Shown here: piece by piece, positions 13,701 to 25,366 of the stretch | Layout of the letters: each line of letters begins with the position of its first letter | Numbering within the stretch: position 1 is the first letter of the stretch | Assembly: GCA_000182565.2 (NCBI GenBank) | Contig: KQ257458.1 | Direction: 5' to 3' (one strand) | Length of the DNA stretch: 64,000 bases | Source: Spizellomyces punctatus DAOM BR117 | Lineage: Eukaryota | The notes under the pieces: model-generated | What the model was told of the DNA's origin: nothing | The model's database searches: none | Seen by the model: the letters and a program-made list of their open reading frames with translations, nothing else | Program-made: the position numbers and the translations under genes

Positions 13701-14865
13701 ACTTATCGGCTTCAGAAGAATACTGGGCAATTGAACAGCGAGAGTGGGCAGGACAATTCTTATGCCGGTCTACGGTTGCGCTTAGAGGCGGGCGCTTTGG
13801 GATTACCGGTAGTTCATGAGGAACTGACCCATCGTCCATCGCGAAACGATGAACCGACAGCACGTTTTGCTGGGGGAGAAGGAACCGGAACCGGTACTAA
13901 GGCAGAAAACCCTGGGACAGTCGGCAATGTAAGGTCACAAATAAGTGCAGCGACGCGACAGCCCTCAGAACATAAAAGGGACAACGCATCGGATGCGCCG
14001 TGCGTAATGCAAAACGTTGCACTCGCTGACACTCCGTCATCAATGTCTCAGCCACGGCAAGCGGAGAAGCCAGAATCCACGCATACACAAAAGGATATAG
14101 ATAAAGCTGAAAAAGATCGGGAAAAGCAAGAAAAGGATCGAGCGGAGGCTGAGGCGCGGGAGGTCGAGCGGCAGAAGGCTGAAAAACGGCGACGGGAAGA
14201 GGAACGTCGAGCACAAGACCTCGAGCTCGAGCGCGTACGACGAGAGAAGGAACAGCTGGTTAAAGAGGAGGAAGCTAGAAAGCGTCGAATGGAATTAGAA
14301 CGCAAAGAAAAGGAAGCGGAAGAGACCCGACGAAAGGAGGCGGAAGAAAAAGAGCGAGCTGAAGCCAAGAGAAGGGAGGCAGAGATAGCCAAGCAAACGG
14401 AGCAGACCAGTGTGGTAGATCAGCTCGAAAATGATCCCCTGATGGCCAAGTATATTTCAATAGTGAAAGAACGAAGAGAAAAAGAAAAAGTATGTTTTTG
14501 CATACAGCATAGTTTCCAGAAACTGTGCTGAAATTTCAACCGCTCTTTTCCAGGAGAAGGCAACAGCAGCGCCATCAGTCGCTAACCAAGTTGAAGACCT
14601 AATGAAAAAGTTGGATACGGTATGTACTCCTGAAATTGCTACAATATCACGATCGTTGGGCTCACCACCGCCTATGCCAGTCATCCATGCTCTCCAGCAG
14701 GTCGTCCATATCTGGCCTCAACTTTGGGGCAGGAGACACGGCAGATGAAGTCAGGTATGACGCTTTCCCGCGCGAAATCTGCCATTACTCATACTGAAAA
14801 GTGCCACTTTTGACCCTCTCAGCGCTCCTGGATTCGATGAAACTACGGAGGATGATGGGTGGTAA
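10771..14865 (+). CDS. OFD1: OFD1-like centriolar/basal body protein (LisH plus coiled coil)
   Basis: ELRSRMFESLRTAGVADKLK-SQLRAKIVAEL and LisH-like DSMLVDYLKARGFDFTLSVFLPESG, then long coiled-coil exons; acidic Trp C-terminus TEDDGW*, stop 14863-14865. Interrupted by an assembly gap. Confidence 0.8.
13525..13624. other. Assembly gap (100 N) inside the OFD1-like gene
   Basis: Run of N characters. Confidence 1.
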
Positions 14866-15016
14866 ACCCTAGAAAAGAGTTGTACAAAAGTGCTTAAATT
14901 ATTGAACATAGTTTCGTATTATTTTTCGGTATGTGACCATGCAAATTATCCATCAGAGCTGTATCTACATAAATTCAGTTATGCGATAAAAGAAATCTCT
15001 ACTTGTGAAATCTTCG

Positions 15017-16172
15017 TCAATCATCATCTTCATGATGCACATAGTCCAGATATCTATCGCTTTCCAGCAAGAAATCGATGTCGGCAATCCGCCAATGGCG
15101 CGCAGATAGAGCACGCCCTTCGTGACCCTCCTCTTGGGTAAAATGTTGACCTTCGAAAAGCACAACGATTTCGCGTCGACAGCTTTCTGAGGATATGACA
15201 TCTTCTACCAGGTCACTTGTCAGATCCTCCGTTACTCTGGACGCAAGATCCGCTGCTTGTTGGGAAGGGTCATTCTGCTTCGCCGCTAGTCCGATCCCCT
15301 CAGTACTTTGGTTTCTTGAGTCTTGTTCTGCCTTTAGTCTAACGTGCCTATAAGTGACCTCAGCATCGAACGTGACCTCCAGTTGCACAATAGCCCCCTC
15401 CTCCATCGCTTCTACTGACAGTTGATATGGCGTCATGTGACGTGTGGCTACATCCTCTTTGGAAAATACCGCTCCAAGCGAGAAACCCTTGAATAAATAA
15501 TGATCTTGCCCAAGTTCGTAATATCGAGCGATGCCGGACATCCGAATCAGCCGTGGCCTAGCGGCCGTCCCAATTTCCGGCCCAAATTGAACCTTCATAT
15601 CGGTTATTCGAGCATCGTGCAGATGAAAGTTGAGCGATACTTGCTGTGCTTTAGATTTAACGTTGGATATCGCTTTGCTGAGACGATCGTACAACGGACG
15701 AGTAAGCATCGAACGGAAAACTTCGTCTGTGTCCCGACTGGAGCCCGGTTTTGATAGAGCAGTGAGAACAGTGCAAAAGCGCTCAAGTGCATAGCTTGCT
15801 CCTATCATAAATTGGTATTCTATGTAGCTGCGACATAAAATGAGACGTTTGCAAACCGACAGTGGACAAGATGATCACATACAATTCACCATAGGCCTGA
15901 TGAACAAAAGTCCTTGCAAAGAACGATATCAGCTCCCGTTTTATGGGATTGATAATGTAAGTCGCTAGCGGCGAGGTGCCAGGCACATGAGGAGGGCCTA
16001 TGGGCCGGATTGGCGAGCGACTCAGTCGCCAAGGAAATATTTTACTGTCGTCATGTTGGTCGATGGGTGCGCCAGATGACCATCGTCGAGAGATGCAACC
16101 TGGGGTTTGATGCACCTTGTGTATCCAGACTTTGTGAGTTGGGAGTCTAAATCGATTGCGTGCAAAGTGCAT
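15017..16172 (-). CDS. Uncharacterised protein, possibly mitochondrial (Tim44/MAIP1-like)
   Basis: Arg-rich presequence-like N-terminus (MHFARNRFRLPTHK...SRRWSS), FPWRLS, an intron at ~15.81-15.89 kb, and a C-terminal HWRIADID motif reminiscent of Tim44-like folds. Family call is tentative. Confidence 0.5.
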
Positions 16173-16860
16173 GTCTTGTCATTCCCCAACCCGCTCCTTT
16201 TGACAGATGCCCAGTTCGATCTGCAAGAACCCGAGGGTTGGATGGCGGTTGGCAACCCAACACACACTTACCACAGCCCCATCTGGTTCATTTGGTACGA
16301 TCGGATCGCTTGGTACCGCCGGTTTGGTACCGACAAACTAACGAGGCGTGTGGTAAGCAAAGCCCATCGGAGTTTGAAAAAATCGGTCATCAGAAGCCTC
16401 TGCTGCTTGCCACCGGCGACTGCGAACTGTTCTCTCCATAGTCCTCCAGATACACCTAGTCCCTCTGAAATGCATCTGGTTGCTTTGATCTGTAAACCTT
16501 CCGTGTCTGGGAAAGCCAGTCTGATTTTGAAGCAGAATCACCAGTGCTGGGGTTAGTTTTGAGGATCACGAAAGGATCAGAAATATCCAGACCGTTCATT
16601 TGGGCCGATTCGCACTATTTCTGAAGTTTATACGTCATTCACATTGTCTGTTTCGAGTCTAAAATAAGCTTCGGACAACCCCATCTTATGACAAGAGAAA
16701 ACTCACCGGCTCGCAAACAGAACTTGACTCCCGTGAAAACATAGATCGGCAATGTATTAGAACTTCTCACTAGGCTTCTGTCGCACATTACTCCATTAAA
16801 CCGAGCTCATATCTGAGATTGGGTACTATATAAAATTCCTAGTGCTGTAAAACGGCCGCG

Positions 16861-19800
16861 ATGGAGTACAGCATAACCCTCTCGGGATACTGTGACCCGC
16901 ACGTTATACACTTCAACCCACGAACCGCACTGGTTATTCAGCGAGTCCGTCGTGTGGACAACCCAAACCAGACTGTAATATGCAAAGGCAATACCTTCTT
17001 CGACGAAGAAGAAAATATCAAGCTGAAACATGAATACGAAATCCTCCATCTCATCCACAGCAACTTGGCAGAAATTGAGCTGACAAGAACACAGAACCAC
17101 ACACATTCCTCTGGAACATCAAGAATACTTGCGTCCGGGAATTATTCCCGAGGGGAGCCGCTCACTCCCGTATCGGAGGATTCTTCGTTGACCCTCACAT
17201 CACCAAACACCAGCAGCACCCGACACAAACCCGGTGGACGACGACCTAGGAGCACTAGCCTCAGCCATGACAGCATTGACGGACATTTGTCAGACAGAAT
17301 TGTTAAGCCAATTTCCTTGGAAGACGTCAATGGACAATATTTTCTGATACTGGAAGACTACGGCGGCATGTCTCTACGGGAATTCGCATTGGGCAAGCGA
17401 GTGCCACGAAAAAACCAGAACACTGAATCGCCGCCAGTGAACCTCACAACGGCAAATTTAGATTTTGAAAAGACAAACTCCACCATCACCCTCCAAGCAA
17501 CCACAAGGTCGACTAATTGGATTGGAAGACTTCCTGCATATCGCTACGCAACTCGCAGAAGCGCTTGACATTGTCCATGCTGCCCAAGTCGTACACAAAG
17601 ACATTAATCCCGACAATATCGTGGTGAGGCGGGATAAGGGCCGCATAGGGGCTCAATTGATAGACTTCAACCTTGCCGAAGTGACAGATATGGGTACCCA
17701 GCCAACCCAGCGGAATTATTTGGAAGGGACTTTGGCTTACTTGTCACCAGAACAAACGGGAAGAATGCAGAGAGTAGTGGATTATCGGACAGGTAATGCT
17801 GTTAATGCCATGCATTGAACGAAAATATACTTACGCCTGCACGGATAATGTAGACTTCTATAGCTTGGGAATAACACTTTGGGAGGTGCTTGTTGGAAGT
17901 CCACCTTTTCAGTTTGACGACGCTACGGTATGGTTATAGGATGCGTTTACGAACACAGTAATTGAAACTGACAACTCTCCAGGAGTATGTACATGCCCAC
18001 CTCGCTAAGGAGATTGAGCCTGCAAATCTGCATGATCCACTCATTCCAAAGGCGTTTTCCGATATCATTAACAAAGTGGGTGTCGTTGCTTTTTCCTAAC
18101 CCCGACATTCTTTTTTCATTAATTATTGGACAACTTTTATAGCTAGTTAGCAAGGCGCCCGAAGCCCGCTATCAATCGGCATCAGGACTTCGTTTTGACT
18201 TTATGACCTGTATGCGGCGACTAAAAGAAGCTAAAGCTGCCAGACTCTGCGCAAAAGATGAAAAATTGTCAGATTTTGACATAGCCCAGATCTTCAATGA
18301 CTTTGAGTTCGATATCGCCTCCCGCGATTATTCACATCATCTCAACATTCCAGATAAACTCTATGGACGTGACCGGGAAACCAAAGAATTGCTTACGTCC
18401 TTTGAGAATGTTGCATGCGGAAAGAGTCGCAGTGAACTAGTACTAGTGTGCGGTGGAAATGGAGAGGGAAAGAGCTCCTTGATTAATCATCTCAGAAAGC
18501 ATGTAATGAGGAATCGTGGTTTTTTTGGTGAGCTGAAGAAGACTTAAAGATACGTCCATCGAGCAATGAGGTTATAACAAATTTGCCTTGAACATAGTGC
18601 GTGGCCAGTACACGGAATACAATCGGGATAAACCATTCGGAGGACTCGTACAAGCGCTAGATGAACTCATTCGCCAGCTCCTGGGAGAAACTGCTGAAGC
18701 GATGGAGAGATGGCAAAACTGTCTGAATACTACCTTGGGCCCAGAGATTTTGGCGATCGTTACGGACGTTCTTCCAGATTTGGAAATGATAGTGGGACTT
18801 CAGCAGTCTGCTGAATTGCGAGTGGATGCCACATCAGCTGAGCAGACGTCCTTCATTCGTGCTATGCAAGCTTTAATTGGCTGCTTTGCGCAAGCCGAAC
18901 ACCCACTGGTGGTCTTTTTGGATGATCTACAGGTACAGTTCTTCGTGAAAGAGCAGCTTAATGATTCAACATTCTAATTCCCCCGCTCTATGCTGGTAGT
19001 ATGCCGAGTCCGCTTCGCAAAAATTGCTGCAAGCCATTTTATTCGACAGGAGAATAGGCCATTTGCTGATAGTCGCAACACTGCCCAGCGGAAGTCCAGG
19101 AGCTGCACTGGGAGCTGCATTTGGTCCAACCGTTCAACGAATCCAGTTTGAGGCCCCTCAAAGATTACGTCGAATCGAGCTAGGGCCGCTTACTAATGCG
19201 GCGCTACGAGAAATGCTTTCCGATACTCTTAAACCCGCAGCTGAGGATATTGACGTACTGGCATCCCTAGTTTCCCGAAAGACAATGGGAAATCCACTTC
19301 ATGTCCGTGAGTTTCTTCGCTACGCGGAACAGCAAGGGTTGATCTATTTCAATGAGGTTGTTGGTGGGTGGGCTTGGGATGTTCATGAAATGGAGCGGCA
19401 GACTGTGTTGAGCGAGAACGTCGCGGACTTGCTGTTGACAAGATTGCGCCAGTTCTCGCCCGAAACTCAGACGTTACTGCAACAAGCAGGTAAGTAAACA
19501 TTTGTATCATCTTCGAATTCTTGTTATTTTAACGATCTTTGTAAATTCCTCTAGCATGTATTGGCGACTCGTTTGACCTTCGATTGCTATCGTTTCTTTC
19601 TGAGATTAGTATCGTCCAAGTGGCGACGTTGCTATGGGCGGCTGTTAAGGAGGGATTTCTCCTGCCACAATCACAAGAACCTCCACTTGCCCGCTCATTG
19701 TCAACAATCTCGAGGAGCTCCTCAGGATCCATCAATTCGCAAAATCAGAACCATTTCCGACCAGGACATAGGTCGTCCCTGTCCCTTAATAAATCCGTGG

Positions 19801-22800
19801 GAGGCATGGTCATGTCATATAAGGTACTGGATGGTCCACATTCAGCTCCTGATTGGGTGGAAACTAACGAGATCACCTACGACAGTTCTGCCACAATCGA
19901 CTCCACCGGGCTTGCTATGATATGATCGACCCTGAGGTCCGAAGAAAATGGCACTTGCAAATCGGCAGGTTATTGCGGCGGAACTTGAGCGAAGAAGAAA
20001 AGCAGGAGAACGTTTTCACTTTGGTCGCTCAATACAATGAAGTACTCGATCTTTTGACAGATCGCGAAGAGCCAGCTTATGTTGCTCGGTTAAACTATGA
20101 AGCTGGACTACGAGCGAAAAAATCAAATGCGCATCATGCTGCCCGACGATATTTTAGCATTGCCCAGTCACTACTTGGCGAGGATGATGAAGCCTGGAAG
20201 GTCAACTATGAGCAGATATTTAATATTAAAAAGGCTGTGGCGCAAGTCAATCTTGTCGAAGGTCTTTACGACGAGGCAACAGCTATACTGAAGGATCTGT
20301 GTCGCCGGGCAACGAGTGTTGGCGATCAGCTAACAGCAAGCAGCATACTCGTCAGCGCATACCATATTCAAGGGAGATTTAACGACATCATGGAAATGGG
20401 ATTTAAGGAGTTGAAAGCCTTTGATATTCCAGCTCCAGAAAACGAGCAGGATGCCATATCAATGGTCAGAGCAGAAATTAGCGAGCTTGAGCGATTAATA
20501 GCTGGTCGCAGTGAGGAGGAAGTAGCGAGAGAAGTCCGTCCTTTGGAACCGACTGTTCAGATGCTGCAGACGGTGCTGCTCTCTATCGGAAGCGCAGCGG
20601 GTTCCCTCGGACGATTATATCAATGCCAGTATTTCTACGTAAAGGTAATAAGGATTAGGTCCTTTGTGTGTGTACAGACTAACCGAAGAACTCTCCTTCA
20701 TAGGGTTGCGTGCTAGCTATGCAAAAGGGCCTCAGTCATCGAAGTGCCGAACTTTTTGCATTTGTTTTACGAGCATACGCTGGATGTCTGCCGGAGCCAG
20801 ACTTTCCACGCATGAGATGGGTATCGAAACTCTCCTTTCTCCTGATGGACAAGGCTACTCTGGAGATTCAAGCACGTGCCCGTCTGGGTTTGCTCATGAA
20901 TGGATATATCTATGTTGCCAGTTTCAAGTCCTTTGAAGAAAACGTAGAGCGCTGCATTACTGCAGGCATCGAAGCTGGGTACTACTCGGTGGTCATATAC
21001 GCGATGTGCACGTTCCCCGGGGTCCTACTTTCGTATGGACGCCCTGCTGCCGCATACAGCGAATGGCACAAAAGGTATCATCCATTTATGGAGAAATTCA
21101 AAGGATTCTTCCTGAATGTATGGAACGGTACGATCGCGGAGTTAGACGCCTTGAGCTCTGGGATCGAATGCGTATACCAGAACAGAGATGTTATGGCGAC
21201 CGGAATGACTCGTGCTCAGGTATATTATTTTCGCCTTGTAAATGCGCTGCTTTTTGAGCGCGAGGATAGGCGGATGCTGCTGGAGCAGTATAAACAAGAA
21301 GACAAAATGAATGCTTACATGGGCATACCAAGGTGGGTGTATGTGAGATCGCGCAACTTTCTCACTTGATAATATCTGATCCGAGCGGGAAATAGATACA
21401 TTGATATCTTCGTGTGGCAAGTGATAATCGCAGCATCGGAGTATAATCTTCCTAACCAGGACCGGAAACAACTTCTAAAAGAAATTGATGATGCATGTGC
21501 TATGGTCAAGAAATTTGCAGAGCAACCACCCCAGGAGATTATGTGCAAATATTACCTTGTGTCCGCCGAAAGAGTAAGCCGATCATTTACTTGTAATTGA
21601 GTCTGTAGCAGAAGATAATCATCCTCAACTGGTCAGGCAAGAATCCTCGGAGATATGACGGAAGCGAGGAATTTCTACGATAAGGCATTGGATGCCGCTC
21701 ATGAGCACGGTTTTCGGTTTCATGAAGCCCTCATAACAGAGCGCTACGGTCGTTTCTGGCTAGAAATGGGATCGAAGCGTCTAGCACGATCATGCTTACA
21801 CGACGCTTACTTTCTCTGGCACTCTTGGGGGAGCGAAGGAAAATGTAAACAATTGCAAGCACGCTACGCCGATATAATGGACCTCCACCTTCTGAACAAG
21901 GGTCTTTCTGGAACTCGGTTTGGCAGCCTTCATGGTACCACTCAACGTTCGTCCATTACGGAACAGCACAGCTCTACCACCGTCGACTTGGATTTAACCA
22001 CAGTGCTCAAGGTCACGCAGTCGATCAGCAATGAGACCAGCTTGGAAATTTTGCTGACCAAGATTATAAAGTTTGTCATGGAGAATGCCGGAGCAGAAAA
22101 AGGGATGCTCGTGCTGCAGCAAGAGGGAAAGCTGTTAATTGAAGCACTCGGAGTGATTGATGAAGGTGGCGAGCATCACGAGGTTCTTCAACATGTTCCG
22201 ATTGAGAAAGCGACGCACGAACAAGGGGTGCCACTATCTGTGGTCTACTATGTATTCCGTTCCCGCGAACCTCTGGTTTTGGTTGATGCAGTCGCGGATC
22301 AGACGTACGGTAAAGACGCATACGTCACCGAGCGGCAAACTAAAAGCATTCTGTGCTGTCCTATCGTACATCAAAACATGGCTACGGGGGTGGTCTATTT
22401 AGAGAATGACCTCCAGACTGGCGCATTTACTGCCGACCGTCTCGAGCTCATTCAGTCTTTAATGGCTGCTGCATCGATGTCGATTGAAAATGCGAAGCTT
22501 GCCAAGACCAACACTGAATTGACAGCTGCTTTGCGAGATTCTTCAACGAAGGCAACGCCACGATATAACCTCGACGGGCCCATCAAGAAGACAATTGACA
22601 TGCTCCAAGGGTTCAAATTCAGGCTACCGCCCGGTGATCCCGGCATTCGACAAATTGACTTCATTATGAAAGCATTGACCTCAACAGACTTCTTCTCCTC
22701 GAATATTGATGAGATCAACGATGAGACGGGAAAAGGCATCGATTCCGATACTAAAGTATGGATTGAAAGCTCCTTGCTTCAGAAGGAACCTAGTCGAACA

Positions 22801-24908
22801 AGGCGGGCAGATGCCAAAGAGCATATGTTTGCGAAGAAAGCTGAGGATATTTCGAAGGCATCTCTGAAAGTGATGGAGAGTCACGTAAGGCCGAGCAAAG
22901 AGATTTCGTCCATCAATATGGCAGAAGTGAACGCTCTTTTGGAGAGATCCACTTCGTTCGATTTCAACATTTACGACCTTGCGGAGGCAACTAATGGCAG
23001 GCCGCTTTTTTTCCTGGGAGTCCATCTTTTGGAATATTGGGGCTTACTGCAGCATTTCTCGCTGGACGAGATGAAGCTGCGGGCGTTTTTTGAGCAGATT
23101 GAAGGCGCATACCATCCTCTGCCATATCATAATAGGTATTTCTGTTGAGTGTTTGTGTGTACGCCAGCCCCAACTGATCATCATGTGTTTAGTACACATG
23201 GAGCGGATGTACTTCAAACCGTAAATATGCTTCTCTTAAGCGACCCCAAAATGGCAGCAAACTTTACCAAGATGGAGATATTTGCTGCATGTATTGCAAG
23301 TGCCGTACACGACGTGGACCACCCTGTGAGTAGCTCGTCGTAAGCGAAGTTGCTGTAATCGGTGGCTTACCGCATCTGTTATTCACTTTGTAGGGGCTGA
23401 ACAACAACTTCCTGGTTCAATCTTCTCATCCGCTCGCCATTTTCTATAATGATATGTCGGTATTAGAGTTCCATCATGCTGCCAAAGCGTTTGAAATTGC
23501 ACAACAACCGGAAACAAACGTGTTTGACGGACTGAATAATGACCAGTATCGAGAAGCACGGAAACTCATTATTAGCATGGTGGTTGCAACTGGTGTGTAT
23601 ATGACATGTTATTCGCTAGCTATTTTATTGATTTACCATGGAATCCCCAGATATGGCACAACATTTTCACTACATCAACAAGCTGAAGAGCAAGATCGCT
23701 GCTTCTGCTTTGAATTGGGAAGAATCTGGGGATCGCGCCTTGTTACTGGAGTGTGCGATCAAATGCGCAGACCTCAATAACTCAGCAAAGCCAATCGAGC
23801 AATCACGAAAGTGGGCGTTCCAGGTGATGCAAGAGTTCTTCCTGCAGGTGCGCAAAGCGGAAGTCATTGTGAAATATCCACAATAATGAGAATGACGATT
23901 TGTGCTGCATTAGGGTGACCGTGAACGAAAACTAGGCATGCCGGTTTCGAAATTTATGGATCGATATGATACCAACATTCCAAAATGGTATGTGGGTGGG
24001 AGGGCAAAGAATTTCCACATATTTACGTACTTAATTATTCTTGGTGATGCAGTCAAATAGGATTTATTGACATCCTCGTTGTGCCGCTCTTTGATTCTTG
24101 GTCGCAATGCATTCAGACGGACTTTTCAAGACGATGTATGGACAATATATCTCAAAACCGCAGCCATTGGGAATCCCTCTTGGATAAACCAGAAGCTATC
24201 CCAAATTTCCCCCCACCGCCGGATGAAGAGCGTGAAGACTTCCCCCTAGTTGCCCCATCAACACCCCCGTTTACACCGCAGCAGTATCTCACGGCGCCCA
24301 TCGTAGACAATATGGTGCGAATTGAATCCAAAGAACCTCCTCAACCCGCGCCCGTACGCCAAGATGCATCTGAGGGCGCAGCTGATGGCACCTTTCGATC
24401 TGTCCCTGGAATAAAACTACCAGGGGAGTTGAAGGGAAGATTGAGCAACCCACCGCAACCTATCTCAGCCCCTTCTCCTTCAAGAAATATCATAATTACA
24501 CCACGTAAAACATCAGAAACCACATCCACCACCACCACCCCCATCCCTAAAATCATCCGAAAATCCACATCAGGCGGAAACATTGCTGGGTTCGCAGAGG
24601 GAGGCAGCCGTGACGTCTGGGCACCATCAAATTCTGGACGAGAAAGAAATTATACAGCACCAGTTTCAGCCCGACGACGGTCGAGTGCAGGTGTTGGCGC
24701 ACTAGCGTCGGATTCAACAGTGCCCAAAATACCCGGAAAACTACTATTACCAGCGTTACCAAAATCTACCTCGGCCAGTAGTTTTGACCGAGAACTAGAT
24801 AACACTCCCGACGGATTGCAAAACCTCCCAAAACCACGTCCAATAGCACGATCTGGCCAAGATGGCAAGCCTCCAGGAAACGGCCGACCAAAAGGAGTAA
24901 CGTCGTGA
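16861..24908 (+). CDS. Hybrid Ser/Thr kinase - AAA_16/STAND ATPase - helical repeats - GAF - class I cyclic-nucleotide phosphodiesterase
   Basis: Kinase: HKDINPDNI, LIDFNLA, GTLAYLSPEQTGR, RYQSASGL. ATPase: Walker A GGNGEGKSS, Walker B LVVFLDDLQ, GNPLHVRE. GAF: SISNETSLEILL..KSILCCPI..GVVYLEN..AFTADRL. PDE: YHNSTHGADV, HDVDHPGLNNNFL, VLEFHH, ATDM, IKCADLNN, EFFLQGDRE, QIGFID. GAF and the start of the PDE lie in one uninterrupted ORF (21655-23148). Confidence 0.9.
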
Positions 24909-25366
24909 TATTTCTATGACCTCAATATTTTCAGCTGCTTCCAATTTATTCATTTGCTGTGGTTCACGGGACCGTAGAAAGTAGGGTTTTTTGATTTTGA
25001 TATTTTCTAATATAAGACGATGTGTTGATTGTTGAGGATCTCTTAGTTTGTTTATAATGATTCCGTAAGCGATGTCCAGAGTTGCGGACGCGAGCCGTTT
25101 TCATGGCAACGCCAGGAGGCCAGAGAGCACAGGCAATACTTATCCTTCTCGATAATCTTGGAAATAGCGCAGCACACCTTCTCGCCCTCACTTTGACTGT
25201 TTATTGTACGTGACATGTCGATTGCAGATGGGCACAGGATCTGTTGGCATATTGTAAAGGAATATTCACGCTAGTTTTATCTTCGCGCGCTCTTCACAGG
25301 TACAAGATCGCCGACACGATTACCAGAAACTTGTTTAAACAGTACAATCCCCGCAAGTAGATCAAA

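Noticed and set aside
17401-17461. Apparent frameshift in the kinase domain of the hybrid gene
   Set aside because: Explained by a 61-nt GT..AG intron with a ctcac branch-like site, so not evidence of a pseudogene.
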